Assembly (NCBI RefSeq): GCF_964213995.1 | Contig: NW_027590135.1 | Location: forward strand, 372,001-436,000 | Direction: 5' to 3' | DNA: 64,000 nucleotides | From: Mustelus asterias | Taxonomy: Eukaryota | In this document: piece by piece, positions 13,120 through 23,450 of the stretch | How the letters are laid out: each line of letters starts with the position of its first letter | Numbering within the stretch: position 1 is the first letter of the stretch | Notes under the pieces: generated by a model | What the model was told of the DNA's origin: nothing | Databases searched by the model: none | The model's input: only the letters and a program-made list of their open reading frames with translations | Program-made: the position numbers and the translations under genes

Positions 13120-13450
13120 GTCCATTCATAGGATGTGTGCATCACTGGCCAGCATTTATTACCCATCCACGTATCGAGTCAACCACATTGCTGTCGCTCT
13201 GAAGTCACATGTAGGCCACACAAGGTAATTTCATCAGATTTCCTGCCCTAAAGCACATTAGTGAACCAGATGGATTTTTCCAACAATGGTTCCATCGCCA
13301 TCACTAGATTCTTATTTTCAAATTACTTTTGATTGAAATCAAATTCTACCATCTGCTGTGGAGGGTTTCGAACCTGGGTCCCCAGAACATTAGCTGAGTT
13401 TCCAGATTAATAGTCTAGCGATGATACCACGAGACCATCGCCTCCCCTTC
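13120..13450 (-). mobile_element. SINE-like dispersed repeat (probably Deu-domain/SacSINE1 type); related copies at ~23860-24190 and ~42980-43100
   Basis: Shared AGTCAACCACATTGCTGT...AGTCACATGTAGGCCA block; family name from recall only. Confidence 0.45.
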
Positions 13451-14634
13451 TTGAATGATGGTGCAGGACTGAGGGGCTGAATGGCCTGACTCCTGCCCGT
13501 ATTTCTAATATGATAGTAACCGTCATAATTGATTCCATTTTATTTTGATTTTTGGTTTTCATCTATATTTTCTCTTGATTTTGCTTTCAGCTGGCAGTTG
13601 TTCGTCATTCTTCAATTCACACCTCCTTCAGACACATCTCTGTTTGCTGTTACTTGTTCCTTTCCCACTCCCTTTCGCCTTGCAGCACCAATGATTTTAT
13701 TACTTAATCACTCCTGCCCTCCACCTTGCTTTGGGAAGCACAAGACAAAAGGTTCCACTAATTTCAGTAATGAGGCAGGAGCAGGATTAATTAATAATCT
13801 GACAGTAAATAAACATCAAACACTGAGTGACCACAATATGTTAGAGGCAGACATTCAGTGCGAGGAGAAAGGACACACGCAGGTCACAGTTTTGACCTTA
13901 AGTTAGGCCGAGAAGGGTGAAATATGTTGTAAACTGAAAACGTTAAAATCCGTCCAGCTGTGAAGAGGCGAATCAAGGGAACAATTAGAGAGACTGAAAA
14001 AAGTATTTCATACAATGTGTATCTAATGCAAGCCTGAAGAAAGGAAACTTCACTTTCTCAGTTTATGGTGATTTTGGGAACTGAATTTCATGTTTTAAAC
14101 CAGTAATTAAGAAAAAAATAATGATTTCTGTCCAAATAAGGATTAACTCTGTTTTTAACGTGATGCTGTGTCCGCTGTGCTGATATTCTTGTCCTTCTCA
14201 ATAGTACATGTCACAGGGAGGACGCTGCTGCCCATATAAGCATGGTGGCTTACTGCAGGGTGCCCCGTAGATCAGAAATACTGCAGCTAATATGTCTAAA
14301 CTTCACTAGATTGTTTTCATTGAAGAAAATAGCTTTTTTTCTATTCGGACAATCATAGAGTGATGGTGAATAATTCAAGATCATTCGGATCATCACGCCT
14401 GTGTCAGCTGTTTGGGAGAAACGGGCTGAAAAGGACAAACCTTGGCTTGTGTATCTTTGCTACATTTACAGCTTGTGTCCGTGTGTGAGTAAATGGCATT
14501 TCAGCGATCTGTTGCTCATTCAAATGTTAACGAGTAGCGAGAAGCGGAAGAAAATTACAGCATCCTGGGCGGGAATGTCAAATCATTTTGAAGGAGCCGC
14601 TGAGGAATTATTTTTGCTGTTGCTCAAAACGTAA

Positions 14635-14706
14635 TAGCAGAGAATGGTTTCGATCCATCGACCTCTGGGTTATGGGCCCAGCACGCTTCCGCTGCGCCAC
14701 TCTGCT
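14635..14706 (-). tRNA. Initiator tRNA-Met(CAT)
   Basis: Reverse complement AGCAGAGTGGCGCAGCGGAAGCGTGCTGGGCCCATAACCCAGAGGTCGATGGATCGAAACCATTCTCTGCTA; A1-U72 pair and ATCG T-loop diagnostic of iMet; T4 follows. Confidence 0.95.
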
Positions 14707-14999
14707 ACACAGTTAAAATTGCCTGCGAGCTATTGTGAATGTGTCACAGGTATTCACTTCCGTGTTCATCATTGGAGTGCATGCGCTCGGCTGCTCCCCC
14801 TGGCGCCACAATTCCACTGTCACCAAGAATGGAAAACACAGAACGACACACAGACGAAGCGACAGATAGTCAGGATACACAAGATCACACACAGGCAAAG
14901 GAGAATGGACTGAGTGGTCATTAATGTAAATCCCAAGATGTCTCCTGTTCCTAACCTTCTTCTTCTTGTTTAATTCTGCTTCCTTGTTTCTAAATAGAT

Positions 15000-15540
15000 C
15001 CTCTGCTGTGGAACTGCGATCTCTGCTGTGGAACTGTGATCTCTGCTGTGGAACTGTGATCTCTGCTGTGGAACTCTTTTCCCTGTTGTGGAAAAGTTCT
15101 CAGTGCTGTGGAACTGTGCTCGCTGCTGTGGAACTGTGCTCTCCGCTGTGGAACTGTGATCTCTGTTGTGGATCTGTGATCTCTGTTGTGGATCTGTGAT
15201 CTCTGCTCTGGATCTGTGATCTCTGCTCTGGATCTGTGATCTCTGCTGTGGAACTGTGATCTCTGCTGTGGAACTGTGCTCTCTGCTGTGGAACTGTGTT
15301 CTCTGCTGTGGAACTGTGTTCTCTGCTGTGGAACTGCGCTCCCTGCTGTGGAACTGCGCTCCCTGCTGTGGAACTGTGATATCTGCTGTGGTACTGTGAT
15401 CCCTGCTGTGGAACTGTGCTCTCTGCTGTGGAACTGTGATCTCCGCTGTGGAACTCATTTCCCTGTGGTGGAAAAATACTCTCTGCTGTGGAACTGTGCT
15501 CTCTGCTGTCAAACTGTGATCTCTGCTGTGAAACTGTGCT
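15000..15540. repeat. Minisatellite, 20-bp unit CTCTGCTGTGGAACTGTGAT (~27 copies)
   Basis: Exact 20-bp periodicity visible across lines. Confidence 0.95.
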
Positions 15541-17746
15541 CAGGGGTTACATTTTCCACTCTCCAAACTGCTTAGACTGTTAAAGAATGTAGAGAATGTT
15601 GGATCCATTCTTCCCATTGCCACTTCGTTTGGAACCCTGTGATGTAGATTATTGGGCTCTGGAGATTTTGCAGCCCTCAGTCCCATTAATTTCTCCAGCA
15701 CTATATATTTTAGTAATATTAAATCCCCCCAATTTCTAGACCATGGTTCCCGAGCATTGCTGGGAAGTTATTTGTGTGTTCCTCCATGAAGACAGCATGA
15801 AAACACTTATGTAATTGCGCTGCCATTTCCTTGTTCTCCATTATAAATTTGCCCATATCCGAATGCAAAGCACCTAAATTTATCTTTGTTATATTTTTTC
15901 ACATACTAACATAAGCTTAATTGTCCAATTGTCAGCGACTTGCAAGTTCACTCTCGTACAGCATTTTATCCCTCTAATCAATCTCTTTGTCCTCCTTTCC
16001 TGAAATAAAAACTGTTCCCAATCCTTCGGGTTTCAACTTTTTCTTTCAACTTTATAAAAATCATCATCAGATCTAATAATACCTAATTTTATTAGCCATG
16101 ATTGGGTCATTTTTCCTGTTATGTTTTTGCGACTGAAGGAAATGTACAACTGTTACAATGCAAGCATTTCTTCCTTAAATATCAGACACTGCCTATCCAC
16201 CTTCGTGCCCCTTCATCGAGTTTCCCAATCTATTTTAGCCAACTCACCTGTAATACATTCTGAGTTTCCTTTGTTGAGAGCTGGGACTTCAGTTTAAGCT
16301 TGGATTTGAATCTTTATTCTGACTGAAGACAGGTGTTTCACAAAGCAGACACTCAATCTATCCAACCCAGAGCAAACCACATTGTCAGCATTGAATGTAT
16401 TCTACAAAATTGAAACATAAAACGTTCAGATACATCAATATTTCTCCTGGCCGTATAATTAAGGTCTTGAACAATGCGTACTGATAATGGAGCTTTCCAT
16501 TTGAGAAATTCTGATATTTCTTCCTTTTTCCTCAGCCACTGATCTCCCCACTCTGTGGCTGACAGCATACTCATCTGTGTCTGCTCTTGTCCCACACCTC
16601 TGCTTCACCCCGTCTCGATATTCTCTATATTATGATAATGCTTCCTCCTTTAAATTACCAACTTTTTCAATGGATTAGCTCTCAGCATTTTTACCACCTC
16701 TCGCTTGTGTGATGCTCTCACCAAACATTCCTTCCCCTCCGAATACCGCAGTGCTTTCCTAACAGCTTCTATTTGTCGTTTTGACTTTCCATGGCACCTG
16801 TCAAGGTGCAACAACAGGCCTTTTACCTCTTTTCTCCTCATCAGATACCCCCTCAATGAATCCTACTGGACTAATCATTTAAATGTAGTGTGCTGTATTT
16901 GCTGCTCACAATGTACTCTGCTCTACATTCTGATGACAGATGTACAGATTGTGGAACATTTCCATTCAGTCCACAAGAAGCACACTATTTGTGATAATTC
17001 CTATCATTTTAATTCTGTGCTTTGCTCACACTGATCATTCTGTCCTTGGTCTTCTCTAGTGCTCCAATGGAACTCATGCACCCCTCTTGACGACACAGTG
17101 CTCACTATCTTTACTTGTACTCTTACTATTTCCTTTAGACTGTTTGCCATTTTATGCGTGTGTGTTGCACACAATCACAAACCTCCCTTTTGTTTTTTTT
17201 TGCCATCTGCCGTTCTCTGTAGCATTTTCTTAAAATCTTCGATCACATTTGTAACTTTCACCAGTGCTGATGAAAGGATGTTGATCTGAAAGTTTAAACC
17301 TGACCAATATTTACCCCCGCAGGTGCATACTTGTTGTGTACATCCAGATTTTCAAAATTAAGTTTGTACTTCCAGCATTCATAGTTTTTGATGTCTGCAG
17401 GCACGTTAACAGGAGTTTTCATGGAGGTGTTCAAAATCATGGACAGCTTTAATAGAGTAAATTGGCATAAACTGTTCCTGTTGCATGAGGACATTGATTC
17501 ATTATGATTTGTTAAAAAAGTAAAGATATTGTGAGCAAACACATGTTTACTTACATAGGTAGCTAGTTTCTGTAAATCCTGAATATGCTGTCTAAAAAAC
17601 TGGGGAATCTGATGCAAAATCTTTTCAAAGAGCAGTTGGAGAAAAACCGTTTTAAAGGGCGAATTTTAGGGCATAAAGAGGCAATGGGGCGGATTCGCTA
17701 CGAAATCTCTGGCAGAATTCCGATGGGTTTAAATATAACCCCATAT

Positions 17747-17885
17747 GCTGTGTGGAGTTTGCACATTCTCCTCGTGTCTGCGTGAGTTTCCTCCGGGTGC
17801 TCCGGTTTCCTCCCACAATCCAAAGATGTGCGGGCTAGGCTGATTGGCCAGGTTAAAAATTGCCCCTTAGAGTCCTAAGATGCGT
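17747..17885 (+). mobile_element. SINE (HE1-like) upstream part; its downstream part resumes at 23078-23205
   Basis: ...AGAGTCCTAAGATGCGT | GTTAGAGGGATTAGCGGG... joins to match the intact SINE at 46156. Confidence 0.85.
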
Positions 17886-18064
17886 GAGGGAGTGCTGCTC
17901 GGGCTGCAGTGGAGAGTGACAGTTGGTGTCTCAGTGAGGGAGTGCTGCTCGGGCTGCAGTAGAGTGTGACAGTTGGTGTCTCACTGTGGGAGTGCTGCTC
18001 GGGCTGCAGTAGAGTGTGACAGTTGGTGTCTCACTGTGGGAGTGCTGCTCGGGCTGCAGTAGAG
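17886..18064 (+). repeat. ~50-bp tandem monomers (about 3.5 copies) at the CR1 5' end
   Basis: GGGAGTGCTGCTCGGGCTGCAGT(A/G)GAG(T/A)GTGACAGTTGGTGTCTCA repeated. Confidence 0.9.
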
Positions 18065-18349
18065 TAATTAATTTATTTAATTATTTTTCAGTTCAATTAG
18101 TGAAAAAAATCGGAGGTTTTTTTTTCTAAACAGGAAATAGGCCCAGCAGCAGCCTGGGAAGATTTTGGAGGGTTTAAAAGTAGGCCGCACCTTTGAGCGG
18201 GCAGCGTCGTTAGCGGGCAGTGGAGTGAGCAGGGGACAGAGTGAGAGCTAAAAGGGCTTTGGCTCACAGGGCTTCGGCGAGGAAGGTTGTTTGTTTGTTT
18301 TTCTTCGGTTACACCCCCTTTTTGTTTTATCCCCAAAACTAAAAAGGAC

Positions 18350-19204
18350 ATGGCTGGTATGAGTGGGAGGCCAGTATACTGCATTCGGTGTGGGATGTGG
18401 GAGTTCCTGGAGACAACTTGCCTCCCGGAAGTCCATATCTGTGCCAGATGTGTGGAACTGCATCTCCTGAAGGATCGTGTAAGGGAGCTGGAGCTGAGGC
18501 TCGATGAACTCAGTTTAGTTAGGGAAAATGAGAGAGTCATAGATAAAAGTTATAGTCAGGTAGTGACACCAGGGTCTCGGAAGGAAGACACGTGGGTCAC
18601 GGTTAGGAGGGGTAATAGTCAGAAGGGTGATGTGCCAGAAAGCACCCCAGTGGCAGTCTCCCATAAGAGAAAGGGATGGGCAACAGATGGGAGAAGGGAA
18701 GGGAGTGAGCAGTCTGTGGAGGGATCCCCTGTGGTTGTCCCCCTCCACAATAGGTATATTGTTTTGGATTCTGTGGAGGGGGATGACCCTCCAGGGGTAA
18801 GCCACGAGGACCAGATCGCCTCCACGGGGACAGGCTCAGGGGTCCGGAAGGGAAAGAAGGGGTTTAGGAGAGCGATAGTTGTGGGGGACGCAATAGTTAG
18901 AGACACGGACAGGCGCTTCTGTGGGACTGAACGAGAATCCAGGATGGTAGTCTGCCTCCCTGGTGCCGGGGTACTGGATGTCTCCGAGAGGGTAGGAAGC
19001 ATATTTAAAAAGGAAGGTAGTCAAACGGATGTGATTGTACACATTGGGGGAAATGATGTAGGTAGGAAGAGCAGGGGGGTCATACGAGAGAAATTCAGGG
19101 AGTTGGGTGCTAGGCTAAAAAGTAAGACCTCCAGTGTAGCAATCTCTGGACTGCTCCCGGTGCCTAGTGCAAGTGAGGCTCGGAACAGGGAGATTCTACA
19201 TTGA
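18350..19204 (+). CDS. CR1 ORF1p (CxxC...CxxC zinc finger, leucine zipper, SGNH esterase), truncated near C-terminus
   Basis: CIRCGMWE...CARCVEL, LELRLDEL, AIVVGDA, VHIGGNDVG; early TGA at 19202-19204 with remaining esterase codons out of frame. Confidence 0.85.
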   Translation: MAGMSGRPVYCIRCGMWEFLETTCLPEVHICARCVELHLLKDRVRELELRLDELSLVRENERVIDKSYSQVVTPGSRKEDTWVTVRRGNSQKGDVPESTPVAVSHKRKGWATDGRREGSEQSVEGSPVVVPLHNRYIVLDSVEGDDPPGVSHEDQIASTGTGSGVRKGKKGFRRAIVVGDAIVRDTDRRFCGTERESRMVVCLPGAGVLDVSERVGSIFKKEGSQTDVIVHIGGNDVGRKSRGVIREKFRELGARLKSKTSSVAISGLLPVPSASEARNREILH

Positions 19205-19277
19205 AAGCGTGGCTAAAGGACTGGTGCAAGAGGGAGGGTTTTAAATTCATAGATAACTGGGAAATCTTCAAGTCAGG

Positions 19278-22277
19278 ATGGCAACTGTACAGAAAGGGAG
19301 CAAATATCCTGGCTGGGAGTTTTGCTCGAGTGTTTCGGCAGGATTTAAACTAGTGTGGCAGGGGGGTGGGGAACAAAACAGGAGGTCAGTAAATACTGAG
19401 GCTGGGGTCGAGCTGGGGGCCAGGGCAAGGCTAGCTAAGAAGAGGAGCACTCTGGAGGAGGAGGACCTGACTGGGCCTGGAGGTCTGGAGTGCATCTGCT
19501 TCAATGCGAGGAGTGTAACGGGTAAAACAGACGAACTTAGGGCCTTAATGCTTGTGCGGAATTTGGATGTGGTTGCGGTGACGGAAACTTGGTTAAAAGA
19601 AGGACAGGACTGGCAGCTGAATATTCCGGGGTATCAGTGTTTTAGGCGAGACAGAGGAGGGGCTAAAAAAGGTGGGGGAGTAGCGATATTAGTTAAGGAG
19701 CATATTACCGCGGTGCAGAGGGTAGACAACTTAGAGGGGTCATGTACTGAGTCGCTGTGGGTGGAACTCAGAAACAGGAAGGGTGCAGTCACTATGCTGG
19801 GGGTGTACTACAGACCACCCAACAGCCCACGGGAAGTGGAGGAAAGGATATGTCAGGAGATTCTGGATAGGTGCAGAAAACATAGGGTTGTTGTAGTGGG
19901 GGACTTTAATTTCCCTGGCACAGACTGGAAAGTGCTTAGAGCTGGGGGACCGGACGGGGAGGAATTTGTAAAATGCGTACTCGAAGGTTCTTTGGAACAG
20001 TATGTAGATAGCCCGACTAGAGAGGGGGCTATACTGGACCTAGTTCTGGGAAATGAGCCCGGTCAGGTCGTCAAAGTTTCGGTAGGGGAACATGTGGCAA
20101 ATAGTGACCACAACTCTGTTAACTTTAGGATAGTAATGGACAAGGATGAGTGCTGTCCTACGGGCAGGGTGCTAAATTGGGGGAAGGCTGACTATAGCCG
20201 GATTAGGCAGGAATTGGTGGATGTTGATTGGGAGAGGATGTTCGAGGGTAAGTCCGCGTCTGGCATGTGGGAGTCTTTTAAGGAACTATTGATAAGGCTG
20301 CAAGATAGGCATGTGCCTGTAAAAAGGAAAGATAGGAAAGGTAGGATTCGAGAGCCGTGGATAACCAGGGAAATTGAGGATCTGATTAAAATGAAAAGGG
20401 AGGCGTACGTTAAGTCGAGGCAACTGAAAACAGATGGAGCTCTGGAGGAATACAGAGAGAGTAGGAAAGATCTCAAACGGGGAGTTAGAAGGGCAAAAAG
20501 AGGGCACGAGATGTTCTTGGCAGGCAGGATTAAGGAGAATCCTAAGGCATTCTATTCATACGTTAGGAACAAAAGAGTTGTCAGGGAGAAAATCGGACCT
20601 CTCAGGGACAAAGGAGGGGAATTATGCTTAGAACCCAAGGGAATAGGGGAGATCCTAAATGAATACTTTGCATCGGTATTCACGAAGGAGAGGGGCGTGT
20701 TAACCGGGAATGTCTCGGAGGGAGGTGTTGACCCGTTAGAGAAAATCTCCATTACGAGAGAGGAAGTGTTAGGTTTTTTAGGGAACATTAAAACTGACAA
20801 AGCCCCAGGGCCTGATGGCATCTATCCTCGACTGCTCAGGGAGACGAGAGAGGAAATTGCTGGGCCTCTGATGGAAATCTTTGTCGCTTCTTTGGACACG
20901 GGTGAGGTCCCTGAGGATTGGAGGATAGCGAAAGTGGTCCCGTTGTTTAAGGAGGGTAGCAGGGATAACCCAGGAAATTATAGGCCGGTGAGCTTGACGT
21001 CCGTGGTAGGGAAGTTGTTGGAGAGGATTCTTAGAGACAGGATGTATGTGCATTTAGAACGGAACAATCTCATTAGTGACAGACAGCATGGTTTTGTAAG
21101 AGGGAGGTCGTGCCTTACAAATTTGGTGGAGTTTTTTGAGGAAGTGACAAAAACGGTTGATGAAGGAAGGGCCGTGGATGTCGTCTATATGGATTTCAGT
21201 AAGGCATTTGACAAAGTCCCACATGGCAGGTTGGTTAAGAAGGTTAAGGCTCATGGGATACAAGGAGAAGTGGCTCGATGGGTGGAGAACTGGCTTGGCC
21301 ATAGGAGACAGAGGGTAGTGGTCGAAGGGTCTTTTTCCGGCTGGAGGTCTGTGACCAGTGGTGTTCCGCAGGGCTCTGTACTGGGACCTCTGCTATTTGT
21401 GATATATATAAATGATTTGGAAGAAGGTGTAACTGGTGTAATCAGCAAGTTTGCGGATGACACAAAGATGGCTGGAATTGCAGATAGCGAAGAGCATTGT
21501 CGGGCAATACAGCAGGATATAGATAGGCTGGAAAATTGGGCGGAGAGGTGGCAGATGGAATTTAATCCGGATAAATGCGAAGTGATGCATTTTGGAAGAA
21601 ATAATGTAGGGAGGAGTTATGCAATAAATGGCAGAGTCATCAGGAGTATAGAAACACAGAGGGACCTAGGTGTGCAAGTCCACAAATCCTTGAAGGTGGC
21701 AACACAGGTGGAGAAGGTGGTGAAGAAGGCATATGGTATGCTTGCCTTTATAGGACGGGGTATAGGGTATAAAAGCTGGAGTCTGATGATGCAGCTGTAT
21801 AGAACGCTGGTTAGGCCGCATTTGGAGTACTGCGTCCAGTTCTGGTCGCCGCACTACCAGAAGGACGTGGAGGCATTGGAGAGAGTGCAGAGAAGGTTTA
21901 CCAGGATGTTGCCTGGTATGGAGGGTCTTAGCTATGAGGAGAGATTGGGTAGACTGGGGTTGTTCTCCTTGGAAAGACGGAGAATGAGGGGAGATCTAAT
22001 AGAGGTGTACAAGATTATGAAGGGTATAGATAGGGTGAACAGTGGGAAGCTTTTTCCCAGGTCGGAGGTGACGATCACGAGGGGTCACGGGCTCAAGCTG
22101 AGAGGGGCGAAGTATAACTCAGACATCAGAGGGACGTTTTTTACACAGAGGGTGGTGGGGGCCTGGAATGCGCTGCCAAGTAGGGTGGTGGAGGCAGGCA
22201 CGCTGACATCGTTTAAGACTTACCTGGATAGTCACATGAGCAGCCTGGGAATGGAGGGATACAAACGATTGGTCTAG
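19278..22277 (+). CDS. CR1 ORF2p (APE endonuclease plus reverse transcriptase), uninterrupted; true start uncertain
   Basis: NARS, TETWL, GVYYRPP, GDFN, SDHN endonuclease motifs; PGPDG, YRPVSLTS, DFSKAFD, GVPQGSVLGP, KFADD RT motifs. Confidence 0.95.
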   Translation: MATVQKGSKYPGWEFCSSVSAGFKLVWQGGGEQNRRSVNTEAGVELGARARLAKKRSTLEEEDLTGPGGLECICFNARSVTGKTDELRALMLVRNLDVVAVTETWLKEGQDWQLNIPGYQCFRRDRGGAKKGGGVAILVKEHITAVQRVDNLEGSCTESLWVELRNRKGAVTMLGVYYRPPNSPREVEERICQEILDRCRKHRVVVVGDFNFPGTDWKVLRAGGPDGEEFVKCVLEGSLEQYVDSPTREGAILDLVLGNEPGQVVKVSVGEHVANSDHNSVNFRIVMDKDECCPTGRVLNWGKADYSRIRQELVDVDWERMFEGKSASGMWESFKELLIRLQDRHVPVKRKDRKGRIREPWITREIEDLIKMKREAYVKSRQLKTDGALEEYRESRKDLKRGVRRAKRGHEMFLAGRIKENPKAFYSYVRNKRVVREKIGPLRDKGGELCLEPKGIGEILNEYFASVFTKERGVLTGNVSEGGVDPLEKISITREEVLGFLGNIKTDKAPGPDGIYPRLLRETREEIAGPLMEIFVASLDTGEVPEDWRIAKVVPLFKEGSRDNPGNYRPVSLTSVVGKLLERILRDRMYVHLERNNLISDRQHGFVRGRSCLTNLVEFFEEVTKTVDEGRAVDVVYMDFSKAFDKVPHGRLVKKVKAHGIQGEVARWVENWLGHRRQRVVVEGSFSGWRSVTSGVPQGSVLGPLLFVIYINDLEEGVTGVISKFADDTKMAGIADSEEHCRAIQQDIDRLENWAERWQMEFNPDKCEVMHFGRNNVGRSYAINGRVIRSIETQRDLGVQVHKSLKVATQVEKVVKKAYGMLAFIGRGIGYKSWSLMMQLYRTLVRPHLEYCVQFWSPHYQKDVEALERVQRRFTRMLPGMEGLSYEERLGRLGLFSLERRRMRGDLIEVYKIMKGIDRVNSGKLFPRSEVTITRGHGLKLRGAKYNSDIRGTFFTQRVVGAWNALPSRVVEAGTLTSFKTYLDSHMSSLGMEGYKRLV

Positions 22278-22356
22278 TTGGACCAAGGAGCGGCACAGGC
22301 TTGGAGGGCCGAAGGCCTGTTTCCTGTGCTGTACTGTTCTTTGTTCTTTGTTCTTT

Positions 22357-23077
22357 GAAGGGGGGGAGGTTTAACACAGATATCAGAAGGACATATTTCA
22401 CACAGAGGGTCGTGGGGGCCTGGAATGTGTTGCCGGGCAAGGTGGTGGAGGCGGACACACTGGGAACGTTTAAGACTTATCTAGACAGCTATATGACCGG
22501 AGTGGGAATGGAGGGATACAAAAGAGTGGTCTAGTTTGGACCAGGGAGCGGCGCGGGCTAATTATTCCTTGTTTCTCGTTTCAAGGCTTCATTCTATGAT
22601 CATCTTGCTGGTGCCAGTACAGAGCGAGACTGCGGATAGTTGGGAACCTGTCTCGGGGGCAGGGAATTCATATGGTGTTCATGGAAGTGGAAATGACTAG
22701 GGTTGGGAAGCATTTTCCGATCAGGGCCATTGTGATCTCCTGGACTCGTTTCGATCGCCTCAGGGGGTCGGAGAGGAATTTCCCAGATTTTTTTCCCCCC
22801 ATATTGGCCCTGGGGTTTTTCACTCTGGGTTTTCGCCTCTCCCTGGGGATCACATGGTCTGGAATAGGGGGGTGGGGGTGAGTTAATAGGTTGTAATGAA
22901 CAAAGCATCGTAGCTGTGAGGGACAGCTCGGTGGATAGGATATTGGTATGTAGATAGGCTGGAAAATTGGGCGGGGATCCTGGATTCAGGATTCAATCCT
23001 GGACCGGGGAGCGGCGCGGTCTTGGAGGGCCGAAGGGCCTGTTCCTGTGCTGTATTGTTCTTTGTTCTTTGTTCTTT
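22357..23077 (+). mobile_element. 3' fragment of a sister CR1 subfamily with extended 3'UTR
   Basis: KGGRFNTDIRRTYFTQRVV...GYKRVV, near identical to the reverse complement of 36534-37255. Confidence 0.9.
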
Positions 23078-23244
23078 GTTAGAGGGATTAGCGGGTAAAT
23101 ATGTGGGGGTAGGGCCTGGGTGGGATTGTGGTCGGTGCAGACTCGATGGGCCGAATGGCCTCTTTCTGCACTGTAGGGTTTCTATGATTTCTATGATTTC
23201 TATGATATGTTGTATTATTCCATGAAATGGTGGGCAGTGTAACC

Positions 23245-23450
23245 CACAATGCGCCGCGAGCGTGAATACGGTCTCTCTCATTCAGAATGATCCGCACTGC
23301 GCAGGCGTCAGGAGGCTCCGCCCCGGAGCGGAAGCTGAGCTGAACTGTGCACGCGCAACAACGTGAGTCTCAGCGGCTCTCAGAGCCGCCGGGCTCGGCG
23401 GACGTGCAGCGAGGGAGCGGCACCATGAAGCGGATGATGCAGCGAGGCCA
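23245..23450 (+). promoter_or_regulatory. CpG-island-like promoter with putative first-exon donor
   Basis: CpG-dense; TGCGCAGGCG (NRF1-like) 23298-23307, CCGCCCC 23318-23324, CGGAAG 23329-23334, GTGAGT 23363-23368. Confidence 0.5.

Larger units (their letters stand above)
17886..22356 (+). mobile_element. Full-length CR1 (HER1-like) LINE with tandem-repeat 5'UTR, ORF1, ORF2 and (GTTCTTT)n tail
   Basis: Complete architecture inserted inside a SINE. Confidence 0.93.

Noticed and set aside
14970-15512. 180-aa repetitive ORF and AGCAGAG match to the iMet tRNA end
   Set aside because: Product of the 20-bp repeat; a 7-nt match is expected by chance.
23375-23387. GGCTCTCAGAGCC as a histone stem-loop
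   Set aside because: Lacks the 6-bp stem/4-nt loop geometry, the ACCCA flank and an upstream histone ORF.
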